63,663 nt of DNA, filler included, from Octopus bimaculoides (GCF_001194135.2; 5 parts of 5 records of this genome joined end to end with filler, not necessarily neighbours in it); one strand, 5' to 3'; shown: positions 49,813-63,300, counted from the whole stretch's first letter. A program made the numbers and translations. The notes: generated by a model not told the origin, from the sequence alone.

Positions 49813-50370
49813 TCATCATCATCATCATCATCATCATTTAACATCCGTTTACCCTGCTGGCATGGGTTGGACAATTTGACAGGGAGCTGGTCAGCTGGAG
49901 AGATGCCCAGGCTCCATGTCTGTTTTGGCCATGGTTTCTGCCGTTGGACGCCCTTCCTAACATGCCAACCACTTCATAGAGTGTACTGGGTGCTTTTACA
50001 TGGCACTGGCACATGCTCTTTTACATGGCGCCAGCACCTGCAAGCCCTGAAGAGAAGGACATCTCAGCCAAGAGAGAGGACCTGCCTGTATGTATGGACA
50101 GCCACAGTTTTACTGAGCTTGATGTGTCTTCTCCTGCACAGCAAACCACCAGAAGTCTCAGTTCCTTGTCATTTCTTTTGTGAGGCTCAATGTCTGAAGA
50201 TCCTTTCGCACTATTTCTTACATCTTCCTGGGTCTACTCCTTCTACACATTAGAGATCAGCACTTCTTCACACAGCTGCCCTCATCCATATGCACCACAT
50301 GACCATGCAAGTAGAGTCTTTCTTCTTACATGCAATATCTGATGCCTCTTATACTCAATTTCAAGAAACG
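49813..50370 (-). mobile_element. 5'-truncated RTE LINE: ORF2 C-terminus, 3' UTR and (GAT)n tail
   Basis: LSIRGIRYCM*EERLYLHGHVVHMDEGSCVKKC...RSRPRKM*EIVRKDLQTLSLTKEMTRN*DFWWFAVQEKTHQAQ* (stop at about 50110-50112), followed by the family C UTR. Confidence 0.85.
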
Positions 50371-50884
50371 AACAACATTGCTTGTATGATGATGATGCTC
50401 ATTTACAATCATCACATGATGACAATACAAGCACACACGCACACACAAATTTCAATTTAGAGAAAACAGGAATCCAAGAGTCTGGTGTTGGTCTGCATCA
50501 GACAAAATTGTATTATTTCTTGGTATAAAACTAAAATCATTTGATAGAATCATTGTGAGAGGAAATTTGCAATGTTTCAGAGAATATCTTCAGCCAAGAC
50601 AGAGATATGTTGTCTCCGTGACAGATTGGAACAAAATGAATCAGAATTTATCTCTGATTATTTAAAATTACTTATTTAGAAAATTTATGTTTGGTAATAC
50701 TAACCTTTGTCAGTCTGTACTAATGACAGATATTAAGCAAATTTAATTGTCTGAGTGATTTTGTTTCTTTCAAATTTATTGTTTTGCATAGCCATTGTAT
50801 TAATCGTCTGTGTTGATTGGCCAGAATAAGCAGGCGACTCGTTGCATATTATATACAACAACAATATCTACAACAATAATATAT

Positions 50885-50920
<36 letters not shown>

Positions 50921-50989
50921 AGAGAGCTTTTCCTTCTTTTTCCTTTTTGCCTGTTCTTTTCCTAGCTTGCAATTTACTTCGCCACCTCA

Positions 50990-51170
50990 CATGTGCCAGA
51001 GGCATGAAGAATCCAACACACACTGTAAAATGGTTGGCATTAGGAAGGGCATCTACTCATAGAAAACACATCAGAGCGGACATCAGTGCTTGGAGCTTGC
51101 AGCTCACCAAATTCTGTGAAATTGGTTCAGGATGAAACAATAGACGTTAAATGATGATGATGATGATGAT
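50990..51170 (+). mobile_element. RTE-type 3' UTR fragment (family C variant)
   Basis: TGGTTGGCATTAGGAAGGGCATC...GACGTTAAATGATGATGATG. Confidence 0.75.
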
Positions 51171-51174
51171 GTTG

Positions 51175-51332
51175 GGCTTCTTTTAGTTTCCTTCTACCAA
51201 ATTCTACTCACAAAGCCTTGGTCAGCTTGATGTCTAGAGTAGAAGACACTTGGCCAAGGTAATACACAATGGGATTGGTCTCTAAACTAAATGGCTGCAA
51301 AGTGAGCCTCTTAGCCACACAGCCATCTCTGT
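51175..51332 (-). mobile_element. SINE family A 5' part, diverged
   Basis: CTCACAAAGCCTTGGTCAG...AGAAGACACTTGGCCAAGG...CCACACAGCCAT. Confidence 0.75.
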
Positions 51333-51686
51333 GCTATCATAGAATCATTTTTAAGAATATTTTCAAAGATTTTCATTTCACAGTTTAACATCTCTAATTT
51401 CAAAGCAATTCCTTTCTAACAAACCCTCTGACATTGTTCTTACTTCTTCAAGTCACGTCTCTGATTTACCGTTTCCTACTTTGTTAATTCAAGCCATTCC
51501 TTGCTAGATCCATCCACATCATTCTTTAGTCTCATTCATATCATACTTTAGTCTCATTGCCATTCCGTTTGTAACATACATGACACATGCAGCAGTTTAT
51601 GGCCGACTTTTTCATATATAAGAGGGAAACTGTCTTGACATCGATTACAAAGGAAGATTAAATTTAAGATTTAGTACACTGCACCC

Positions 51687-51718
<32 letters not shown>

Positions 51719-52744
51719 CTTCTTTCTGTTGCCATTCTTTTCCCTTTGAAAAGGCCTAGCAGAGATTTTTAAGCAGCAATGAGTACAACCTGCTAAGGAG
51801 AATTTAAAACCAAAATCCTCCTTTAAATGTCAGAAAGGTCAACAACTTCTCCTGTTTGAATTCAGAAATAGGCACTGCACGTGCACATGCATCGCAAACC
51901 TCGGAACAAAGCGTTCTCTCACTCACCCCCACCGACACCTCTTTAAAATATTCCTGCATCAGAACATTGATATATGTATCTACACGCTTGCACACACACA
52001 CACGCACACACACACACTCATGTACACATACGCATACCCACAAACGCACACACAGATATGTACATGCACGCATGTACCCCCACCCCCACCCCCACACATG
52101 CTTAGCCACATACACATGTATACACACACACACATGCAGCACATGTGCATGCACACATATACACACACACTAATGTACACACACACACACACACAAATAT
52201 TTCCAGCAGTAGAAAAGTGTACATTTTTAGTGGAACAAAAAGAGAATGTAAGTGGGAGTGGTGGAGTGGTGGGGAGTTGGGGGATGTTGGNNNNNNNNNN
52301 NNNNNNNNNNNNNNNNNNNNNNNNNNNNNNNNNNNNNNNNNNNNNNNNNNNNNNNNNNNNNNNNNNNNNNNNNNNNNNNNNNNNNNNNNNNNNNNNNNNN
52401 NNNNNNNNNNNNNNNNNNNNNNNNNNNNNNNNNNNNNNNNNNNNNNNNNNNNNNNNNNNNNNNNNNNNNNNNNNNNNNNNNNNNNNNNNNNNNNNNNNNN
52501 NNNNNNNNNNNNNNNNNNNNNNNNNNNNNNNNNNNNNNNNNNNNNNNNNNNNNNNNNNNNNNNNNNNNNNNNNNNNNNNNNNNNNNNNNNNNNNNNNNNN
52601 NNNNNNNNNNNNNNNNNNNNNNNNNNNNNNNNNNNNNNNNNNNNNNNNNNNNNNNNNNNNNNNNNNNCATCATCAGCAGCAGCAGCAGCGGCAGTAGTAG
52701 TAGTAGTAGTAGTAGCAGCAGCAGCAGCTACAGTAGTAGTAGTG

Positions 52745-52775
<31 letters not shown>

Positions 52776-52917
52776 CAGTAGCAGTAGTAGTTGTTATGAG
52801 GCCCTGATTGAGCCTGATTGACTGTGGTTGAGGAGCTTGCTTGCCAATGGATATGTGTGTGTGTGTATGTGTGTTTCTAGAAAGAGAGAGAGAGAGAGAT
52901 ACATACATGCATACATG

Positions 52918-52972
<55 letters not shown>

Positions 52973-52977
52973 ATATA

Positions 52978-53190
52978 CAGGGTGGCCCAAAAGTACCTTT
53001 ACAATTATTCATCTATGTCTTTCGCATTCATATATTAACAGTTTAGAGTTTAATTATAAAAAAATATGAAACCATTATTCTATGCTAATTTAGCTAATTA
53101 TAAGATAGAAATTTAAATGTAATAAAATGTTTTAAAAGAAATTCAAAGTGCCTACTTGATAACTATAAACCTACTTTTGGGCCGCCACCC
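52978..53190. mobile_element. Tc1/mariner-type MITE, about 215 bp
   Basis: Left TA-CAGGGTGGCCCAAAAGTA; right TACTTTTGGGCC(GCC)ACCC. Inverted termini, with a 3-bp insertion in the right one. Confidence 0.7.
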
Positions 53191-54892
53191 CCAACTCTCT
53201 CACGTTATATATATATATATACTACTACTACTGGTATTATGTGGTTGTTATAAATGAAGGTTATCCATTTCATGGCCTGGCCTTGGGGAAATATTATGTT
53301 GCTTGGAGAAAAGGTGAGGACAGGTGACAGGAAGAGCATCCAACCATAGAAAAATCTGCCTCAACAAGATCGTAGGCCAGGTGGGACATTGTATACATGA
53401 GAAAGGCTGCTTCATTTCTTGTGTCTCCAGTCTTCTTGGCCGAAAATAAATGCAAACCAGATGCTAGTGTTAGCCTTTTCCCTTCTGGTTACGACATCCT
53501 GGATTCTCTCCTGAAACAAGGGCAAGAAGGCCCATTGGGGTATCTAAGTTTATTCGTCACTTTCAAAGACGCTGGAAACAGTTAGACAAAGCAGGGTACA
53601 AAGATGTCAAATCATATTCACTTGTGACTGGTGGCTGTAGTAGCAGTGGCAGCAGCAGCAGCAGCAGCAGCAGTAGCAGTAGTAGTAGTAGTAGTGGTGG
53701 TGGTGGTGGTCTACTGAAAGTTTAAATGGTGTTTGAAACTTATAAATAAACTTTAATCTAGAGATTAAATTTATTGTGTCCCTGTTTATATTTTTACATG
53801 CATAAAATTTGTCTCGTTATGAAATCTGCAGCAATTAAAACTTCTTATAAAAAATTTTTTGTCAAATTTCTGCAGAATATAATTTGTGAACTGGTTTTAA
53901 TTTTCAGTTTCAATGACTTTAATTACTTCGTTAACGTTCAGTTCCATGTGACTTTTGTCGCAATCATTTCAATTACAAATACATAAATGTTTTTATTTCT
54001 CATCCCTCAACTTAGTATTATCTTCCATCTTTTACTAGTCTCAACTCAAGAACTGTGGCCATGATGGGGCACTAGCATTTAATATCATTTTGTTAGTTTT
54101 TTTGTTTACTATTTGGTTTGCAAGATTCTTGATGTGAACTCATGTATTGAAACAGATTCTGTTATATCTTTGGAAGGGTCATTATGCCAATAATAGTAAG
54201 CACACACACTGGTTCTAGTTGAATTCTTTATTATTTATTAGTCAATTAATTATCCATTTGGCTAGTTAACTAATCAGTTGCTTGGTTAACAGTTCAGTCA
54301 AATAATTGGCTAAGTTTGTCTAAGTTCTTTATTTTGCCATTTTTGACCTGTTTCAGATCTGCCAATCTCTCTCTCCTAATTTACAGGTTCATCATAATGT
54401 GATGCAATAAGATAAAAAGGAGAGAAGCAGAAACAACAGCTCCCAGTCAAGAAGAGAAGAGAAAATTCATCCATGGCTTACACTCCGCAGGGAGCAAAAG
54501 GATTAAGGAAGTGAAGTGATCCGCCACAAGCATCCACCTGGTACCAAGCTTTTGCCTATAGATCATGAAATATCTCTTGGCATCAGTGTGCCATATGTTG
54601 GACGATACGCTTCACAGATTGGTTAAACTAAGTTGAAGGCTTCAGACAGGTCTTAACTCTCGGTGAAATTCTTGAAGTGCTGGCCACCCAACACCTGTGA
54701 AGATTGGATTTTTGTTGAACCTGAGAGAGGCAACCCCATCCTCAGTGGTCAAGTTCCAATGGACAGAAAAGCAAAATCCAGTAATGCCACCATGGGGCAT
54801 GTGGACCTCACAGCAGAGTGAGTCATAGAAATCACTTGGGTCATCATCCCACTACAAGGGATCAAACATTTTAAAGATGAATTCATTCAGAA

Positions 54893-55072
54893 TATCTTTT
54901 ATCTTTTACTTGTTTCAGTCATTGGACTGTGGCCATGCTGGGGCACCACCTTGAAGGGCTTTAGAACAACAAATCGATGCTAGTATGTTTCTTTTTAAAG
55001 TCTTCTACTTGTTATCTGTCTCTTTTCCTGAAGCACAAAAGCACAGGGATGTAAACAAACCAGTACCAGTTG

Positions 55073-55113
<41 letters not shown>

Positions 55114-55288
55114 TACACACACACATACATATACACAGAGTTTCTGTCTGCCAAATTCTCTCACAAGGATTTGGTGGTCCTGGGATTATTGAAGAAGACA
55201 CTTGCCTACTCAAGGTGCCACACAGTGGGACTGAACCTGAAATCACACGGTTGCAAAGCAAGCTTCTTAACCACACAGTTTTGCCCGC
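54893..55288 (-). mobile_element. Full-length SINE family A with internal (CA)n
   Basis: TCTTTTACTTGTTTCAGTCATTGGACTGTGGCCATGCTGG...GTGGGACTGAACC...CTTCTTAACCACACAG. Confidence 0.9.
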
Positions 55289-56989
55289 AAATATGTCTAA
55301 TATTTTTGCAAAGTAATTTCGTCATCACAACTATCAACTTACAAAAAAAAAGAAATAAATAAACAGCACAAAGTTTGACAATTGGATGCTAATAATTCCA
55401 CATGCGTTTGGATTCTTCTTCATCAGAGTTGATCTTATCAACATCACATGATCTTTTGACAAGTTGTAAACAACTTCCAGTCTTTGTCTCACGGGGATTT
55501 ATAATTAAAAAACACAAGTCTTCATTTCTCTTTGAATCTTAAATTCTTCATTTACAGAATCCTTTTTGTTTATCTTTTGACAAAATATTTTTTCTTTCTT
55601 AATATCTTTGTTCTCTGTAATAACTGTTACATCATCTTCTTCCAATTATTATTTTATCTTTCATCTTTTATTTGTTGCCATTATTAGGCTGCACCCATGC
55701 AGCGGCACCAATTGGGTTGTTTTGTTGACCAAATCATCCACAAGACTGAACCCAAAACCCTGAGTTTGGGAAGTAAACATTTATCCATGCAGCCTAACCT
55801 TCCATACACGATTTTTGTCTTAAAAAACATCAAAATTTTTTTTTAAAAGCCTTTTTCCATCAAAATCCCATGTTACTTTATGTTCCAGACACCAGTTTAA
55901 TCATAACAAAGTTGTTTTACTAAATTATTCATTAATTTCAACATTTTTTCAATGCAAAACTGAGAATTTCAACAGAAATATTGCAACAAAAGGGTTAATC
56001 GAAATCTCTTTGGTAGAACACAGTTATAAATAATCACTCATTTGCACATAATCTAAAAACCATTCATGGAGAATTCACTGGAAGAAACTTACAGACATTA
56101 TAATTCCCCACCAAGAATTTCTATAAGTCTCAAGGTCATGTCCATATTTAGACACATTTAAACTGAATAAATTTGTCTTAATCTTATTTATTCAATTATT
56201 CATTATTACTTTTTATTATTATTATTATTATTATCATCATCATCATTATCATTATTGTTATTAATTTTTCCTCATCTCCTTCAGTTTGCCCCAATAAATT
56301 TTCATATGTAGAGGCTTTTGTTTTGCTGCCATTTCAGAATGGAATTAGAATAATTGGTCATTTGTGTCGTAGATGAAACAACTGGTTCACTTAAGAAGTC
56401 AACCATCAAGTTGGACTGTCTAGACAATTATCTCAATCGAAAACGATAAGCAGGTCAATATCGGTTAGTCTCAAGAACCAATCACTATTTAATGCAGCTA
56501 TGTCAAGAGATAGACACTATTTTCTTTTATCTTCCAATGTTCATACCATATACAGTTTTTTCCCCTTTATGTTAAACCATGTTGTCATTGCTACTACTAT
56601 CATTATTATTGTTATTAATTTTTTCCTTTTTTCAATTTATGACTTTCTGGTCTTGTCTCTCTGTTTCTCATATTAGTCATGTTGATCCCTGCAGGACAAT
56701 TTTCTTTCTTTGCTTTTTTTTTGTTAATTTTCCTTTTTGTGTTGTTTCTTTTTTTTCTTCTTCTTCTTCTTCTAATGTTCAATATTTGTTTGTTACATAT
56801 TGGTTTCAATAATAATCTTCAATAATTGGTATTGATCTCACAGTGGAATCTCTCTACCTAGCAAGTGTATTTCATTCCATTTTATTTTTATTTTCTTTAT
56901 CTCATTGTTCTTGTCGCCATCATCATCATCATCGGCATTGTTGATACCACCACCATCACTGCCACCCCTGCCACCACTGCTGCTGCTGC

Positions 56990-56994
56990 TACTA

Positions 56995-57046
<52 letters not shown>
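56990..57046. repeat. (TAC)n
   Basis: Direct reading. Confidence 0.95.
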
Positions 57047-57047
<1 letters not shown>

Positions 57048-57637
57048 AGTCCTTAGTTCTGATCTTGTATCTTGTTTACTTATTAACAGTTATTATTACT
57101 ATTATTATCATTATTATCATCATCATTATTATTATGACAACCATTTGTGTTGGCAATATTCTGGATTCTCGCTATCTTTACTGTTTCTTTACCAAATTTA
57201 CTCTTCACCGTATTTTCTGATGCCACAACAGCTTTTCATTTGCCTTTTCTCTTTCTCTTTTTCCTTTCCTTTTCTCTTTTTCTTTCTCCTTTTTTTTTCT
57301 TTCACATTGGGATTTGTTTGTTCTTTGTTTGTTTGGTTACTTTATTGACATCTGCACACTTTCTGCACTCATTTCCTTTGAACTTAACCGTATAATTTTG
57401 AGAAAATGTTATTACTCAGTTTATGGGGTGGTTCAGAAAAACAACAATAATAATTATATTAACAAAAAGAACCACAGTTAGTCTTTCCCAAGATTGCTCA
57501 GATAATCAAAAGGAATATTTTACCATTTTTGTTTGTGCTGTTTTCTTTGTTGTTGTTGTTTAACCACAAGTCAGAGCTGATTAAATAGACACAGGATCAA
57601 AGAATTCTCGTCATACATCACAAAGCAATTTATTTAC

Positions 57638-57846
57638 TTCCTTTCTTAAGTCTTTGACTCTTGATAAAGTCATTCCTTTCTTAGGTCTTTGACTCCTAAT
57701 GGAGTCATTCCTTTCTTAGGTCTTTGACTCCTAATGGAGTCATTCCTTACTTAGGTCTTTGACTCCTGATGGAGTCATTCCTTACTTAGGTCTTCGACTC
57801 CTGATGGAGTCATTCTTTACTCAGATCTTTAACTCCGAATGGAATA
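57638..57846 (-). repeat. 35-bp x 5 tandem array plus one degenerate unit, each with an internal hairpin, at the 3' end of an RTE fragment
   Basis: Unit TTCCTTTCTTAGGTCTTTGACTCCTAATGGAGTCA at 57638, 57673, 57708, 57743 and 57778, degenerate at 57813; stem TGACTCC/GGAGTCA. Confidence 0.9.
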
Positions 57847-58245
57847 TAATTCATTCATGTTCTGCTCCATTCTTCCCAATTCTGTTTTTTCTGCTTCTCT
57901 CCGGTTGGTTCCCTGCTTTCTCAGTTCTGCCTCAATACTCCACTTCCAACTATTATTAGGGCATTCTCTCTTCCATCTCCCTTTTGTGGGTCCCTGGTCA
58001 AGGCAGGACATGTGTAATCCAGGATGTATGGCCATTCCATCCCCACTTGCATTCCAGCATTTGGTCTTCCATTAGCACCAGCCCTTCGCCTTCTGCCACA
58101 ACTCTTTTGCAATGTTGGCTTTTCTCCTGATGGCCTTGTGGCTTCTTTTGGATTGCCAATATCATATTTCTCTGAAGGAAAGTCATTCTCTTCAGGTCTT
58201 GTAGAATTTTGTCATCAGCACACTTCAAATTCTAGTATCTTTACT
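57847..58245 (-). mobile_element. RTE-clade LINE ORF C-terminal fragment (frameshifted)
   Basis: ...EDQMLECKWGWNGHT... and GRWKRECPNNSWKWSIEAELRKQGTNRREAEK resemble WxWIGHTLRK and GKRKRGRPxNSWRRxxEAEL. Confidence 0.75.
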
Positions 58246-58314
58246 TTATTGTAGGCAGGAGAGTTTTGGCTCTATACAAACCCTTTTTTACATCTGGGGA
58301 AAGGTAGTCTATGA

Positions 58315-58422
<108 letters not shown>

Positions 58423-60491
58423 CTGTGTTTGTGTTTCAACTAATATTTGAAGACCATCCCTCATAAAATGACTTTTTCACATCATATTCAACTAAGACAT
58501 TCAACAATTATGTAACTATCTTGTTGGCAATGCTTCACGTAAGTCATTGAAACAGCTGTAGAAACAACAAAATTTTCGAAATATCGATGAGTTTGTTAGT
58601 TTTCAAATATTTTTCTCTAAACATTTGTTTTAACCCATTTTAAACTTCACTCCTCTCCTATTGAAGTTATATATATTTCTAAACACTATTCTCTAAACTA
58701 TTTTCCAGTGTTTTTTGATGAGGATAATTTGACTTCACAGGTCTCCCAGAATTCATGCCAATGTATACACCTACAATATCATTGAGTCTCTTTACATAAT
58801 ACTCATGGTTATGGCATCAGTTATCAATTACTTGAAACAGCTGTAAAGATAAGACTTGATTATATCATTTAACTGTAGAGACAACTTTCAATGCAAATAC
58901 ATTCCTTACATTTACTATGCCTTGTCCGTCTTTTCTGGTTCCATGTCTGCCTAACGACCATTCTTACAGCTAACTATCTCTCTCAGCCCTACTCATCTCT
59001 GATGAAGGAGTCGGAATTCAAGTTTCAGATTTATCTGAGTACTACCAAGCAATCATTTGTACCATTCTTCTCTTGGAACGTTTAACATGTTATATTTATG
59101 TGTATATTCATACATACATATATGTATGTATATATGTATGTATGTATGTATGTATGTGTGTGCATACATGTGAATGTGTGTGCATATGTACATACATACA
59201 TATGTACACATATATATATACATATATATATATATGTACATATATACATACGTATGTATGTGTGTGTATACAAGTGTGTGTATGTATGTATAACAGTTGC
59301 ATCCCAGAAGATTCACAAGAGCCATTTAAAACACACATATGCTGTTATATTGACAATTTGTAGTATTTTATTACAGTATTATATAACATAAAGTATCAAG
59401 CAATTTTATTGTATATCTATGACCTGGTCGCTGACACTGCACCACAATCTTTAATTATCTCAAGAAAAACCAATAGAGTTTATTTTCTTTTTATTTCTAG
59501 ATTTGATCAGAAATGTTTTTGCAAGCTCAAATATATTCATAGACATTTTCATACATCGATAAATACAGTGGATTGCCATAATGTTGATCACATAATTTTA
59601 ACAACCATAACATCCTTAAAAAATTTTATTTTTAAAGCTTGTAATGAAAATTGTCAAGAACGTCACGGTAAATAAGCTCTTGGCGTTTATACAGTCCCTT
59701 GATATTTGCAAGTTCGAAATTTTCTCATCATGTCTACACTCTATGAAGTACATTTTAGCAGGAATCAAAGATAAACCACCAGACAGACCATAACTCATTA
59801 ATTCTAGCTTGACGAAGCTTTACACACATCGATATACATATCATGTATTCTTTTAATAAGAATAATTTCCTTCTTATTGAGCTGTGAATGACAGATTTGA
59901 TGTTTGTAGCAGATGAAGTGAAACATAAACACATGTGTTCTATGAACCAGTCATGTCATTCACAGTCCATCTTGGATTTCAATGCATGTCTAAGAAGAGA
60001 ATTTTCACCTGGGACTATATCTGCAGCAGAAAGTCTTCTCATATCCAAGTGCATTCAAACATATTAAATTTGACTTTACACAAATAAATAGCAACATTGA
60101 TTTCAAAACATGGTTTCAGTCCAAAAGTCTTGCAAAACAAACCCCCACATGACTACATTGGTGACTGCTGCCTATTCCCAACTCCAGCTTCACCCCTACG
60201 TGATGAAAATCTGACTCAAAAGGATAATAAATGTTATTTTAAGAGTTATTTTTCTGTAGTTCAAAAAAGAACATTTTTTTTTTTGCAGTGGGTGGGACTT
60301 AAAAGTGTTTTTATTTCTGCTTGTTTTTTTTTTTTTTACAAATATGAATAATTAATAATTGTATTTTTACTACATCAACAACTTATTGGGATAAATTCCT
60401 TTAATGTAATATTAATTATTCAGAGACAAATTATCTTTAATTTTCCCTACTGCTTTGGTTTCTCTTTTACATCTGTTTAACAGGTTGTTGC

Positions 60492-60525
<34 letters not shown>

Positions 60526-60890
60526 ATTATTATAATTATTATTATTATTATTATTATTGTCATCATCACTGTTTCATTTACATTTTTATTTTATTTTTCA
60601 TTTTCTTTATTTATTTTGTTTTATTCCATTTCATTTCATTAATTTTTAAAATTTCACTTTATATTAACTATTTCTTTATTCTAATACACTTATTTATTTA
60701 CGTTATGTTATTTTATATTTATTATTTATCTAATTATTTACTTTTGTTTTTTTCACAACTTCCCACAATTATTAATAACATATATTCATAACATAATTAT
60801 TAACAACATATATTTATTCTATGTCTGAGCTGAGTCTGGCTAGTAGTAGTAGTAGTAGTAGTAGTAATAGTATACATATACATATATATA

Positions 60891-61000
60891 TATATATATA
60901 AGTATATACATATATATATATAAGTATATACATATATATATATAAGTATATACATATATATATATAAGTATATACATATATATATATAAGTATATACATA
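60891..61000. repeat. About 22-bp unit derived from (TA)n (TATATAAGTATATACATATATA) x 5
   Basis: AAGTATATACA recurs with a period of about 22 bp up to the gap. Confidence 0.85.
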
Positions 61001-61100
61001 NNNNNNNNNNNNNNNNNNNNNNNNNNNNNNNNNNNNNNNNNNNNTTAATTAATTAANNNNNNNNNNNNNNNNNNNNNNNNNNNNNNNNNNNNNNNNNNNN

Positions 61101-61414
61101 TGGAAATAGAGATAACTCGAATGTGGAGTCTAAAAACAGAAACAATTCCTATCATAGTAGGTGCCTTAGGTATAATTAAAAAATACTCAGACAAATACAT
61201 AACAAAAATACCAGGACTTACAAATATATGTAACATACAGAAAATTGCACTACTGGGTACTGCACACATTCTACGCAAAACACTTTCAATACAGTAAACA
61301 TAAAAGCACCACAGCAAACCACAGCACATACCCAAGGCGCACAGAGCTGCGCTCGGTAGTGAAGTGAAAGCACGTTATAAAAATAAAACTACTGAACAAT
61401 AATAATAATAATAA
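61101..61414 (+). mobile_element. R4/Dong-like retrotransposon 3' end, intact frame, (AAT)n tail
   Basis: 61103-61297 encodes EIEITRMWSLKTETIPIIVGALGIIKKYSDKYITKIPGLTNICNIQKIALLGTAHILRKTLSIQ* with no interruption, matching the RLE C-terminal motifs P(I/V)xxGALG and LLGTAxILR. Confidence 0.9.
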
Positions 61415-62240
61415 GTTGAGAATGAATTCCGATAACGAATAGCCAACGAGAGAGAAGAAACTCTATTCCGTATGAAATTATATGGTCAGTTCCACCGTAA
61501 AACTAACAAATTAAAAGACCAGGAAGCATCATGGAGATGGCTCAGCAAGGGTGACCCAAAAAAGAATGGTAACAAAAAAATCATCACCGTCTAGGATCAG
61601 TTAAAAGGGATATATGCCACATAAGTGCAACGAACCTCTGCAAAATATGTAGGAAGAGGGTCAAAATCGTGATTCACATTGTTAATGCTTATGAAAGTCC
61701 TGCGCAGAAAGAGTGCAAGAGCAGACACGACAAGGTAACCCGAAGCCTTCACTGGCTATTATGCCGTAAGTATGGATATGAGGTTACGGGTGCTTGGTGC
61801 CAACATGCACCAGAAAAGTTAATGGATGAAAGGGGGAAGACAAAAATCCTCTGTGTCTTTGACTTCCAGACAAACAAAGTGTTAGAGCACTGAACGCCTG
61901 ATATAGTAACCTTTAGGAAGAACAAACAAGAGTGTTTAATAATCAACGTGGAAATGCCAGGAGATCAACATATTATGATGAAAGAAAGAGAAAAGATTGT
62001 TAAATAGGGTGACCTAAGAATGGAGATTGCCAAGATGTGGTAGCTACGAGAGTCAAACTTAAAGTTTGTCCCTGTTGTCATCGGAGCGTTGGGTTCAATG
62101 CCATCCAACCTGTAAAAACATCTGGAAACTTTACAAATCCCCTACAATCTAGGTGTATAGCAAAAATTGGTATTACTTGGAAATGCACGAATATTGTGTA
62201 AAGTATTGTCTGCCTTTGGTTCTAGTGACTTGACAGACAG
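61415..62240 (+). mobile_element. Older R4/Dong-like element: post-RT region, CCHC-type finger and RLE nuclease, with stops and a frameshift
   Basis: LYGQFHR...SWRWLSKG...CKIC...HIVN...RHDKV...LHWLLCRKY...FDFQT...PDIV...KEREKIVK*GDLRMEIAKMW...VPVVIGALG...LLGNARIL. Confidence 0.9.
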
Positions 62241-63300
62241 TGCAAACCCCCGGTAGACACAATATCTTGAATCAACATCATGATATTCTATACTGTTTGA
62301 CACTTTAATAATAATTATAACCACGATTACAACACTACCACCAACCTCACAGCCTCGTCATCATTGTAATTCGAGTATTATCAGATGTATGTCTTGCTAC
62401 TGTGATAATGCAGTACCATACATCATCTGATGTATATTCATTGCGATGCACATTACTAATGACAAAAGAACAAACACATTAATACCTTAAGGACAAAATG
62501 CTTAAGAGCATAATTGTAGTTCTTACAAAACAGTAAACTTTATATTTCAATGCAGTAGCAAAATTAAAGACTTGAAACCATTTCTCGCTTCTAGTGCGAC
62601 ATTAATAACAAAGAACACGGAAGATGTTTCAACTGATAAATTCGTATGCTGTGTTAACTTACACCATTAAAATTATTCTCCATCTATAACACATCAATAT
62701 CCGCTGTTGTAGTAATTCTGCTCGTATTAAATACAAATTTATATATAATCTGATACATGCAGTCTACTAAGAAAGGAAAATTATTTTAAGTATTTCAGTG
62801 GATGTGTATACAATTTGTTTAACTTTCTAAGAGAATGTCTACTGTTTAATTGTGTGTCTACATTACGTAGCGAGATTCATATATTTCCTGTTTACATAGC
62901 TTACTATCTACTGGTGTATATCTGTATATGTACGCTAAGTTTCGATCACATAAGATAAACAGCCAAACATCTATTTAATATATCTGAAACCTAAGATCTG
63001 TCAGTTAACAGAACTGGTAATATGCCAGATTAATTTATGGAAGACGGTGGGTTGGCGCAATAACTGTTGTGTTAGCTTAAATTGCCTTACAGTATTGAGT
63101 TGCATTTTCTTATGTTCTGATCTTGAATTCTGCAAAAGTAGTTTTGTATGAATACCAGACAAATCGAATAAAACTTATCCTCAGAAACTGAGGTTATGTT
63201 TGAACTCAATATTATTGAAAAATTTCATATAGGAAGAAACATAAAAAATGATTAAAATATTTAATAATTACAATATTTTTATAGTAAAATTTATTCAGTA

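Noticed and set aside
54480-54870. DLSEAFNLV on the minus strand, resembling the RT motif DLxKAFDxV
   Set aside because: Flanking residues do not convincingly match an RT, so it is too weak to call.
57638-57812. CRISPR-like appearance of the 35-bp palindromic repeats
   Set aside because: Units are directly adjacent with no spacers, there are no cas genes, and the context is eukaryotic.
59905-60070. ILDFNACLRREFSPGTISAAESLLISKC, faintly like a piggyBac transposase segment
   Set aside because: The catalytic D of the DES motif is absent and no further motifs follow. An HMM search would be needed.
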